IMG/VR virus record: IMGVR_UViG_3300030433_001347
Span: 1-35,070 of that record
Reading direction: 5' to 3' (one strand)
DNA length: 35,070 bases
Source of the DNA: a virus
Lineage: Duplodnaviria; Caudoviricetes
The position numbers and the translations under genes were made by a program. The notes beneath the pieces were generated by a model. The model was given only the letters and a program-made list of their open reading frames with translations. It had not been told where the DNA came from and ran no database searches. Shown one piece after another: positions 6,328-16,300 of this stretch; positions within the stretch are counted from its first letter, which is position 1, and every line of letters starts with the position of its first letter.

Positions 6328-9300
6328 TTAGCCTATAATCGTTGCTCTAAAGTTTTCCCCACTTGCAGGAGCAGTCGCAAAACGAATCGTACATTTTGTC
6401 ATTGGGTTGTTAGCGTCCGATCCATCATCGCCGTTGCTTAATACATCAACCTCCACATGGCCCAGAGGATAAGTTTTTGACCGCACGCTTACGACTATGT
6501 CTGCTGTTCCGAGATTGTGTGTAATGGTAAAATCTTTATCTTCTCCATTGCCTTCAATATTTTGCGTATGAACCCGTGCGACTTGCTTGAGGTTTCCTTG
6601 TGAGTTAGATGCTTTAACCTCACCCCCGTCTTCTATTCTAAATCTTTCTTCTGTGTTTGTGTTACCAACATCGTTGCCCGTCCACAAACTAATGCGATGG
6701 TAGCTGCTTAACTGAACATCCCATTTGTTTCCGCTATTCATGCCAAAGCGCAACCCTTGACGAGTTGAACTAGCACTATCCCCGCTTAATATATTTAGAA
6801 ACTGATTAGCGTTTTGCCCGTAGCCAGTTGGGGGCAAAATTCGTAATACATCTTCGTTGTTTGCGCTTGCGTGTATCTTCAGCCCATTGTCTTCGCTTAA
6901 CGGGCCAATCCTGTTGTTGCCTGTTAACCGAGTAGCACCAGTAATTGCCCCGTTGTTTCTGTTGCTAGTGGTGTCATTCCAAACTTTCCCAATAGACTTC
7001 GGCGTGTAAGCTGCGACTTCTCCAGCTTCCTCAAGCTCCACATCTTTGAGGTAAAACTCGTCAGACCCATTACCCGTATAACTATGGGTGCTTTGGGCTT
7101 TTAACGCTCTAAACCGAAGCTCACCATATCCGCTCCAAGTTTGTACTCCGCTAAAGTTTACCCAACTCCCAGTAGTAGTTATTGTGGTAAATACGTTTTC
7201 GTCTCCGTTTCCGTCCTCGTTTATCTGCACGGCATTAACGTCCGTGTTTCCACTTGGAATATATATCTTTCCGCTAATCTTGTATGTCCTGCCAGTTGTT
7301 GCGGTAATAGACTTTATGACTTGGTGCGGCCCATTGCTTGAGTCTACAACAAATTTAAGGCAATCGTCTTCTTGGGAGAGTACAGCATCATTTTCCCCAG
7401 TAGATGTGCCGCCAGAACCGTTGTAGCCATTTGCGCCACTTGAAAAGTTAGAAGTGTGAATTGACTCAAGAGTAGTATACTCCCAAGGCGTTGACTCACC
7501 ATTATACAGCCCCTTGACCTCATCGGCATCCAACGCACGGTTGTGAATCCGAACGTCTTTTATTTCACCATTGAAACGATTGCCAGTTTGGTCTGGCCTT
7601 GCCCCTATTAAAATCTGCTCTACGTTTATGCTAGTGTTGGCGGTTCCATTGTAAGCATTGTCTACAACTACCCCGTCCAAATATATATCCCAATGAGAAC
7701 TTGTGGCGTTATATGTGGCCACAAGATGATGCCATTCAGCGGAAATGCTTGCAGTAGCCGAGGCATAGCAATTTTTTGCCCCGCCGTCCCAAACAGTTAT
7801 GAGTTCATTTGTAATAGAAGTTGTGGTACTCCCCAGAACAATAGCTGGCTGATAACTGCTATCATCAAATCCGATTAACCATTGTCCACTAGTGTTATTA
7901 GTAATTGCTGCTGAAGGCTTGAACCAAATTGAAACTGCTTTAGCGTCATAATGTGACGCAGTTGCTATTGGGACTTGAACATAATCATTACTACCATCAA
8001 ACCGCAAACTCGGTTCAGAAGTTCGCCATGAGTCGTTGAGGGTCTGGCTGTTGACTATGCGGTTGCCCTTGTGATCTTGGGTTCCGTCTGCTTCAAGCTC
8101 CAAGATGTGATTAGCATTACCAAAATTATCAGTTACAAAATGAAATGCTCCCGTATTTGAGTCTTTGTATTCATACGCAATTCGCCCGTCTGCGTTATTA
8201 CTGCGAAAATCTAAATTGGTATATGAGTTGTAGTTTGTTGCTTCGTTTTGAATTAAAAGACCATTACCAAGATTGCCCCCCAATAAACCACTTCCTGCTA
8301 TATCTGCCGAATTGTTTGAATTGTATTTTATATGTAAATCTTTTGTAGGGGCGGTGTGTCCAATTGCCACGCCAACACCCGATTCAAAGGTCATCATGTT
8401 GGTGTCAGCTATGTCATCGTATATAGACAGTTTCTCGTCGCCAGCAAGTCCAGTAGCAAAACGCCATTTGGATACACCATTAGTCATCAACATTAGGTTG
8501 GCATCTGCCGTAGCGTTTTTTCTGTCAATTTGGACTGAAGCGTGACTGTTCGTAGACTTTACTTGCATCACTTGCGACCCAGCACCTCCTACTGTCATCT
8601 GGATACTTGCATCAGCAGCAGTCCCAACGCCGAGCTTGCCATGCACCTTAACATCATCTCCTTCGTACAGAGACATGACTGTACTTTTAGAAGGGTGGTG
8701 AATATTTATATCAAGGCGATCCGTTCCAGAATAATTATACTCAAACGAAACTCTGGACTTATCCGCATTTATATCGTCTTTAATTTCTAGGAATGGCGTG
8801 TTCTGATCTGCCCTTAAAGTAATCGGAGCAGAAACTACAGCAGGATCATCTATGCCAATTCCTAGTCTGGCCGTGGTGATACTCCCATTAGATACAGCTT
8901 TGGGTAGCAATAAAACCTTATCACCATCCTGCTTAATATTGTTCCAGTACGAGTTACCCTGCGAAAGCGTGGCGTTGTTTACTGTGCCATGAAATAGCGA
9001 AGGGATAGCCTCGTTCCTCCATTGGGTGCTTGAAGCTGATTGAGGAGTGAAATCAACGAGGGTTCCGACTTCTGTTAGGGAGACGTTGTCAAAGTATGCT
9101 GTTTTACTGCCAGCTTGATTTGCACCTAGCGAAATATATGTGGTAGTAGAGGTCGCTACGAACGTGGCGTTAATTGTCTCTTGGGTTGTGGCAGTAGTGT
9201 TCAGAAGTGTGCTGCTCCCAACACCAGTACCTATTCTAATCAATGCTGCTGCTGATGTGCCTGTCCTTGCGTCAACAGAAAACAAATACGCTTTCCCTAC

Positions 9301-12300
9301 AACTGTAGTAACCGTGGCATAAGCTACTGTTGATGCTGACGCAGCAGAAGTAACTTCCATCTCGCCCGATACCACCGACATCGTTACGGTGTTTGATCCA
9401 CCATCAGTCTCGCCCCTCCAGTTGTCTGGATTGTTGTCGGTAATGTCAGATGCGCTGTTGAACTGCCCACCCTCAACCAACTCAACATTAAGATTCTTCT
9501 TCGGGTTCTCGCCGCTATACAGTTTGCGAATGTCTCCATCGTCTAGTGCGGAGGGGAAGATTTTTACGTCTCTTATTTGTCCATCAAAATGAGTTGAGCC
9601 ATTAGTTCCAATTTGTATACCAGAGGAGTTTGCAAAATTGCTTGTCCAATCTGTGCCTCCAACAAAGTCTTCAAAAGCACCACCGTTAAGGCTTAATCGG
9701 ATTTTATCGTTAGTGCGGTCAATCACTACAACCACATAATTCCATTGGTTAGTAGTTATTGCTGAAAAATCACCACTTGTGTCTTTGGCATTCCCAGCAG
9801 CATCTTTGGCATAAACCCTAATCTTGTTACTAGTGCCAGCAGAAATCATCCACTCGCCGTTACCAGTAGAACCTTTAGTTATTATCCTGTCGTTGTTACT
9901 AAATGTGTTAGCGTTCAGCCACAAAGCTACAGTAAAATCTTCAAAGTCAAATGCGCCATCGTCCGCAATAGTTATTTTATCGCCTGTTCCATCAAAGTCA
10001 TAGCAAGCACCTCCGTCTTGGAGTCCAGCTATTGAAGCGGAGTTTACTATGGAGTTGGATTTGTGGTCATGTGTTCCGTAACCATCAATGGTCAAATGCT
10101 CTGCTAACGCTCCAGACGCTTGTGTTTGAAAAACTAACTTGTTGTCTCCAGCGTTGGGTAAATTAGTTCTAACTGCCGCTATACTAGATGTGTTTGTTGC
10201 GTTAGCTCCAGACGATGTTCTAAACCCTAGTAATGCTGTTGACGTTTCGTTTGCGCTGGCCCTGCGAATCTGAATGCCGTCAGTATTGCTTGTTGTTATT
10301 ACCTCTAATTTTGCAGAAGCGGCGGTGTCTCCAATCGCCACGTTGCCGCTGTGAAAGTACGAGGTTCCGTTGGACAACAATTCAATTTTAGCGTTTCCTG
10401 CGTTGTATAGCGTAAGACTACCTTGGTCTAATGCTGATCCACTTGTTCCTTGCCGAGATAAGGCGGCAATAATGAAGTCATCGCTCTCCAGCTTTATCCT
10501 GCCACCATCCGCTTTTGCTGTAATCGTTCCAGCGGTAGTTTCTGCCGTTCCAACACCAAGCCCACCCGCAAACTTTGCCGACTTATCGTTACCAAACAAC
10601 GTCATTACCGTGCCAGCAGTTCCGTTGTCTGAGGCTGAAAAAATTAATGTTGAGTCGTTGTTGGAGTCTAAACTAGCAAAGATTCTGGAATGTGCGTTGT
10701 ACCCTCTTGATCCAAAGAAAATTCGCCCTTTGTTACCATGCGGAGTCATCAATGTGAGTCCTGCATCGGCGTTGTTCGCTATTACCAGATCGTCAGCGTT
10801 GCCGTCTACTGAGAGATTTGCGGAGGTGGAGAGGGTGTCCTCTTGGATTGTTAGGTTATCAATGGTTATAGACTGCCCACTGCCTAGTGTTGTAAAAGCA
10901 ATGAAAGCATTTGTTGCATGGGCAGCTTCAAAAGTAGTTGTGTATGTTGCAAGCGAGGTTGTGAGCGTACCAAATGAGGACTCATAACTTGATCCATTAT
11001 ATACCCGTACTTGAGGAGCAGACCCCGACCCAGAATACTTGAGGTCAATGCTAACCTTGTAACTTTTTCCTATTACTAAATCCGCTGCATTGTTTGATGC
11101 TCTAATGTATCTGTACGCACCAGAACCTGCGTTAGACCCTCCTGCATACGCTACAACTAACTGCTCACTTGTTACCGCTATTGTGTTGTCACCGTAACGT
11201 GACCACCCATATTTTGAAGCAGTACTTGCCGCCTCATCTGCAACAGAATAATCGCTATAGTCGCCAGTAATTAAATGCGACCCATACCTCGCCGTTGAAA
11301 CGTGTAGAGTTCCGCTGGGGGTAATTGAAGAGGGTGTATCGGTTCGCCCCACCAGCACCTTGCCAGACGCAAGAGTCATTATAGCCACATTGTTAGTCCC
11401 TAAATGTAGCGGAGCGTTTGGTACGTTTATAACCGCTGCGTTATCTAGACCGTGGTACGTTCCCGATGCCGATCCATTGCCGTGACCGAGTAGCAAGCCC
11501 CATTCGTTTGTACTCGCTCCGTCATGCGTAATGTTTACTTGGTTAGCTGCACCGTGTTGTATGCCTAAAGCTCCACCAGAGCTATTTCCTGCGCCAATTC
11601 CAAGTCGGCCCATAAGGAATGCACCGTCATCGTCCAGCTTGGCTGGAGTTACGGCGTCGTCTTGAAGGAGTGCAGACGATATTCCTGTGCCGCTGCCTCC
11701 ACTTGCTAATTTTAAATTGCCATTAGTGTCTACTGCAAAATGAGTGTCGTTATATCCAAAAGTAACATCGTTACCCACTTGAACTAACGGGCCAGCAGTC
11801 TTGGATGCGTCGGCAGTTCCAGCTTGGCTATACACCTCAAGGTTTCCTGCCTCGGAAAATTGCTCAAAAACTATATCGGCAGTTCCGACAGCAGATGCGC
11901 CAGAAAGGTTTTTGGTCTGAACAAACCCTTTGCTGGCATTACTTGTTCCGCTGTGTACAAAGAAAAAATCTCCGTCATTTATTTCTGCTGTTATGTCAAA
12001 GTCGGTTGCACGGGTTAAGACCCAAGCAGTATTAGAATTGCCAACAGTAGTTAGTGTATATACCCCGTTTTCAGAGGCATCAGCTTGATCTTTAACTAAA
12101 ATTCGTAGATTCTCATCATTTAAAAATGTCCCATCAACTTGCAAAGTCCCATAATTGTCTGCCGTCAATGTTGCTCCTGCTCCGAACGAACTGCCGTTGA
12201 CGTAAGTGGATGCTGACAAAGCTGCGCTAGTTGCGTAATCAACTGCGGTCTTAATAGATAAACCTTGGGCAACCGTGTCTACATAACCCTTGTTAGCCGC

Positions 12301-12654
12301 ATGACCATCTGCTGTTGGGGCAGCTACTGGGAGTACACCACCAGTTCCGTAAATTGGAATCTTATCGGCAACAGCAGTAGTAGATGTATCCTTACCGTCT
12401 AAAGTGACTGCATCTACATTAGACAAATCCACCTGTGAGGCAGCTATAGAGGAGTCTGTAGTCAGCAAGGTCTTCCATGAATCAGTAGCGTCAGCGTCCG
12501 CATTGGATACCTTTATGGTTCCTGCTGTCGTGTCGTAGTACGCATGGCCCTTACCGACATTGGTAGGACTACTTGTCGCTGCTTCTAGCCGAAGATTCTT
12601 AGACTGTCCCCCACCCTCAAAGGTGTACCCCGTGAATATCTTCTTATTTGCCAT
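6328..12654 (-). CDS. Large tail fibre / receptor-binding protein with two LamG/ConA-like domains and CBM-like domains (2108 aa)
   Basis: AANKGYVD and RILVKDQ...ENGVY fibre motifs, G(N/K)V.IG repeats, two FDG...W..VV...F.G.I.DV.I...AL LamG-type motifs. Confidence 0.85.
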   Translation of the reverse strand: MANKKIFTGYTFEGGGQSKNLRLEAATSSPTNVGKGHAYYDTTAGTIKVSNADADATDSWKTLLTTDSSIAASQVDLSNVDAVTLDGKDTSTTAVADKIPIYGTGGVLPVAAPTADGHAANKGYVDTVAQGLSIKTAVDYATSAALSASTYVNGSSFGAGATLTADNYGTLQVDGTFLNDENLRILVKDQADASENGVYTLTTVGNSNTAWVLTRATDFDITAEINDGDFFFVHSGTSNASKGFVQTKNLSGASAVGTADIVFEQFSEAGNLEVYSQAGTADASKTAGPLVQVGNDVTFGYNDTHFAVDTNGNLKLASGGSGTGISSALLQDDAVTPAKLDDDGAFLMGRLGIGAGNSSGGALGIQHGAANQVNITHDGASTNEWGLLLGHGNGSASGTYHGLDNAAVINVPNAPLHLGTNNVAIMTLASGKVLVGRTDTPSSITPSGTLHVSTARYGSHLITGDYSDYSVADEAASTASKYGWSRYGDNTIAVTSEQLVVAYAGGSNAGSGAYRYIRASNNAADLVIGKSYKVSIDLKYSGSGSAPQVRVYNGSSYESSFGTLTTSLATYTTTFEAAHATNAFIAFTTLGSGQSITIDNLTIQEDTLSTSANLSVDGNADDLVIANNADAGLTLMTPHGNKGRIFFGSRGYNAHSRIFASLDSNNDSTLIFSASDNGTAGTVMTLFGNDKSAKFAGGLGVGTAETTAGTITAKADGGRIKLESDDFIIAALSRQGTSGSALDQGSLTLYNAGNAKIELLSNGTSYFHSGNVAIGDTAASAKLEVITTSNTDGIQIRRASANETSTALLGFRTSSGANATNTSSIAAVRTNLPNAGDNKLVFQTQASGALAEHLTIDGYGTHDHKSNSIVNSASIAGLQDGGACYDFDGTGDKITIADDGAFDFEDFTVALWLNANTFSNNDRIITKGSTGNGEWMISAGTSNKIRVYAKDAAGNAKDTSGDFSAITTNQWNYVVVVIDRTNDKIRLSLNGGAFEDFVGGTDWTSNFANSSGIQIGTNGSTHFDGQIRDVKIFPSALDDGDIRKLYSGENPKKNLNVELVEGGQFNSASDITDNNPDNWRGETDGGSNTVTMSVVSGEMEVTSAASASTVAYATVTTVVGKAYLFSVDARTGTSAAALIRIGTGVGSSTLLNTTATTQETINATFVATSTTTYISLGANQAGSKTAYFDNVSLTEVGTLVDFTPQSASSTQWRNEAIPSLFHGTVNNATLSQGNSYWNNIKQDGDKVLLLPKAVSNGSITTARLGIGIDDPAVVSAPITLRADQNTPFLEIKDDINADKSRVSFEYNYSGTDRLDINIHHPSKSTVMSLYEGDDVKVHGKLGVGTAADASIQMTVGGAGSQVMQVKSTNSHASVQIDRKNATADANLMLMTNGVSKWRFATGLAGDEKLSIYDDIADTNMMTFESGVGVAIGHTAPTKDLHIKYNSNNSADIAGSGLLGGNLGNGLLIQNEATNYNSYTNLDFRSNNADGRIAYEYKDSNTGAFHFVTDNFGNANHILELEADGTQDHKGNRIVNSQTLNDSWRTSEPSLRFDGSNDYVQVPIATASHYDAKAVSIWFKPSAAITNNTSGQWLIGFDDSSYQPAIVLGSTTTSITNELITVWDGGAKNCYASATASISAEWHHLVATYNATSSHWDIYLDGVVVDNAYNGTANTSINVEQILIGARPDQTGNRFNGEIKDVRIHNRALDADEVKGLYNGESTPWEYTTLESIHTSNFSSGANGYNGSGGTSTGENDAVLSQEDDCLKFVVDSSNGPHQVIKSITATTGRTYKISGKIYIPSGNTDVNAVQINEDGNGDENVFTTITTTGSWVNFSGVQTWSGYGELRFRALKAQSTHSYTGNGSDEFYLKDVELEEAGEVAAYTPKSIGKVWNDTTSNRNNGAITGATRLTGNNRIGPLSEDNGLKIHASANNEDVLRILPPTGYGQNANQFLNILSGDSASSTRQGLRFGMNSGNKWDVQLSSYHRISLWTGNDVGNTNTEERFRIEDGGEVKASNSQGNLKQVARVHTQNIEGNGEDKDFTITHNLGTADIVVSVRSKTYPLGHVEVDVLSNGDDGSDANNPMTKCTIRFATAPASGENFRATIIG

Positions 12655-12655
12655 T

Positions 12656-13330
12656 TTATCTAAATTCTGCTGTTGCTGTTACTGCTGATCCCTCAAAAGT
12701 TAATCGTGTGACTGACGTACTAATGTGAGTTACTACACAATCTATTTGGTCGCTTGGTAAACTGTTCCCCTCGTATACCTGCACAACTGGATGATACCCA
12801 AGGTTGTGGGTTATATCGTAGACGCTGTTTCCCCCGCTAATTTCAGTCGTAAACGATGTCCTTAACCGCGAGACATCATCGGAAAGCTGGTCAGGTATAG
12901 CAAGTATATCTGCCTTTGCGTCTGCTAAATCGTCCTCGATCTCCTGCTCTCTAAACAATGAGTACTTATTACTATTATCTAGGTCAGCCTCTGTGAGCGG
13001 AGAGCCTGCTTGGAAGTCTACAAAGTGCCTTAACTTCGGAGTGACCCTCTTGATGAACAAGCGGTATCTCTTGTCGGTGGCTAGGTTGCTAATAGTTATA
13101 ACATTGTTAGCCAGCGTGAAGTCATTGTTCAGGGTGTACTGGTCAGCGTTTCCTGCTGCAACATCAGCCTGAAAAGAACTCATGCTTTGGTCACTCTTGG
13201 ACGCATAGACTTCCAAGTGGTACGGATCGAGGTAACCAAAGTTGTTGTTACTTGGGTTGGCTATGGTATGCGTCAGTACTCCAGAGTTAACTGGGGTATC
13301 TTCCGTAGCGTAGTAACGTGAGTAGGCCAT
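12656..13330 (-). CDS. Tail fibre adaptor (T7 gp17 N-terminal-domain-like, no fibre body)
   Basis: KRVTP...VDFQAGSPLTEADLD...QE matches the gp17 N-terminal anchor motif. C-terminal ITHNLGYHPVVQVY module. Confidence 0.8.
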   Translation of the reverse strand: MAYSRYYATEDTPVNSGVLTHTIANPSNNNFGYLDPYHLEVYASKSDQSMSSFQADVAAGNADQYTLNNDFTLANNVITISNLATDKRYRLFIKRVTPKLRHFVDFQAGSPLTEADLDNSNKYSLFREQEIEDDLADAKADILAIPDQLSDDVSRLRTSFTTEISGGNSVYDITHNLGYHPVVQVYEGNSLPSDQIDCVVTHISTSVTRLTFEGSAVTATAEFR

Positions 13331-16300
13331 TAGGTTTTGATTAAGTCTAGCAGTTGGTTTTTGACAGTAGCATCAAAACTTCTGGTCGCATTAAGTAGAT
13401 CAGGGAACTCCTTTAGTGTCCTTGCTTTCGCAGATGCCCTAAATTTTGCCATGATTGACTTGATGGCTTTGACACGTGGATCACGGTACGTGCCTTCAAA
13501 GTGTAAAGCGTCCCGTTCTGCCAACAATGAAGCACGTTCGTAGTACTCAGACTTAAAGAGTTTAGTCAAAGCGTCTCGCAGTGACATCCCTCCTGCAGTC
13601 TTTATTTCTCCAATAAGCTCCTGATAACGATCAAAGGCAGACCTTCCGGTTTCAGGATCGTAATACTTCCTCATGTCCAGATACCGACTCCCTTTGATAC
13701 GTGGCGAAGGCGCACCAAATCCATACCCAAGGTGAGCCAACTCTTCCAACACGGGGTCGTTCTTTGCTTTAGAGACAAGGAACGGGTTAAGTCCTGAGGC
13801 CCACACTGTTGGGGCGTACATGGATTCCAGAGGCTCACCTAAGTAATTCCTCATTGGCTCGATAGACTGATTAGCAAAGGGGAGCTTGGAGGTAAGGCCT
13901 TCAAGTAGTCCGTAAGTTTTTTTAACGTAAGCATCATCAGTAATGGGAGTCCACTGAGATATAATCTTGGGGATGTACGCAGTCCCCTGACGTTTTATTA
14001 AGCCTTCAAACTCATGTTCTGGGTCTATTAAGGCCTGCAGGACGTTGTTTATTCCTGCTAGGTAACTCTTATCGGCAATGTTGTTTGATATAGAGTAGGC
14101 CCCTCCCAGCATGACTGCCTGAAGCCAGCTATCGTCTACCTCGCCGTCCCTGCCCATTTCTGTTGTTTTCTCGTAGAGATCAGCAGCGAGTCCCATGACT
14201 GAAGCAAACGGATCAAGACGGGCATAACTGACGTAGTAATCCCCTACCTTGACCGAGTAGGGTCGCCAGCCTGTAGCCATGAGATTCCTACGTTCTCTAG
14301 GGTTGCTTGGGCCACCGCCTGTGATTGTTCCTGTATGTGCAGCAGCAGCGAAACCGAACCAGTAGAATCGACCAGCAGCTACACGGCCTTTGGCTTGGGC
14401 TTTCCGCAAAGGATCACCACTGGCCATGTCTGCTTGGTATCGCTGATTGAGATTTTTTAGCCACTGTATATCTGTTCCTGCTATAGGCAGACGTTGTAGG
14501 GGCCATTTCAGGAGGTTAACTGGCGTCCTAATGAATGGCATCAGCAGGCGCATCCAAGGGTGTGCGTGTACCATATCCTGCGTGTCCTGCAGCCATGACC
14601 GCTTCCCCTTATTGGCTAGTCCGTGTTCCTGTAATTCTTTCAGGTCAGCATCCAATGAACGAGTGAAGGTGACATCTTCAGCGTAGTCCATTGCGTAGTT
14701 GGAGACTTCTTCAAGCTGCCCTCTCTGGTGCTGATTCTTGTACTGCTCTATGAAGTCCTCTTGGTTTATATCAAAAGGCTGCATGTTTTTCTGTGCCGTC
14801 TCTGTTGCCTTTTGGTGTGCCAAGATGGCTTCCTCTTTGAGAGCTTTGTTAGAGTACCTTCGACCTGAAGAACGTATTAGGCCATGAAATTGAGTGCCTA
14901 CGTAATCCGCAATGTAATCCGAGGTGATGTCTTTAGGTTTAATGCCTTGTTCTAAAGCTGTTTCATAAGCATCAGAAGCAAGGCGTCCCATTGCGCTGGC
15001 CCTGAAGCTAATCTGTTTGAACAACTCATCACTTCCAATCATCAACCTGCTGGGGAGTCGGATGACGTTTCCTGCAAAATCCATGAAGTTCTTAGTGACT
15101 TCATTTGCTCCCTCACTGAGTAAGTCACGTGAGATAGCTTTAGGAGGCGTTACGTCAAACAAGTCGGAGCCTTCCGATAAAGTCCCCTGCCCTGTGCGGA
15201 GTGCTTTACGTGCGCCTGCTACGGCTCCCAGTGCTTGCTGGTAAGAGTCTGTAGCTTCACCTGATCCTCCCTTAAAGATTTCCTCACGGTTACTGAGGTA
15301 CTTGTTCTCGTCGATAAGCCTGCTGATCTTTCTCAGCTTGTTGAGGCCCAGTTTACCCACTACACGTGTGACCTGAGCGTTGATCATTGCAGTCTCCACT
15401 AAAGACTTCGTGAAGGCTTTTCGAGTGGGCTGGTCACGTATACCACCCAGCAGTCCTTCAAGGGGCTTGTAGTACATGTGGAGGCCCGTAGAGAGCATGT
15501 TGATGACCTGTGTCTTTGTCCCACTTAGGATGGAGTTGAGCCAATACTCATTATGTACATCAATCCAGTTGGTGGTCTTAACAAGGTGATCCGAAGCAGC
15601 AGAGGCTCCGTCTAGTCCGTTGTCTGCTCCGTCAAAGATAGCGTCAGCCCTTTGGGCCTGCTTCTTGATGTTCCTGAGGCCTCCACGGGCGTTTAGCATT
15701 CGACCTGCTTCGATGCCTGTAATTGAACTGTCGTTGAAATCCCTCCATGCCCTAAGCACTCGGCCAGAAGACCTACGGAGCTTCTGCATGTTTTCAATCT
15801 TGGCCGCTTGTTTCTCCATCTCCACCAAGTAATCGTTAACTAGCTTTTTACCTGCTGGAGTAGTCTGCAAGTCTCTTATATCAGTATCTGCTATTTGCTT
15901 TGAAAGCTCCCTGTATTTCTTCATGCCTATGGCTTGTTCCATACGGTAAGCCATGATTCGGACATTAAGTTCTCTGGCTACGTTAACGTCCATTTGCCGT
16001 GAGTGATCCAAGACCTCCTCTGGCTTCATGTTCAGGAAGAACCGTTTGTGACTGCCTCTCCCTTTGATGAGACGATGCAGCACGTGCCTTGGCTTCATGC
16101 CTGTGCTTCCTGCAAAATCATCCAACGAATCAAACAGTTGTTCTTCCAAGATGTCTGCAGGAGTCATTCCTTTTGTGTCGTGAAGGAATCCTACAGCTTT
16201 TGCCAGAGCGTCAGCATCAGTTTGTTTGGCAATGTTCTTGCCGTAGTGATGCATGAAGAAGCTCATAAACCTCCCTTGGAAATAACGCATACCCTGATCA

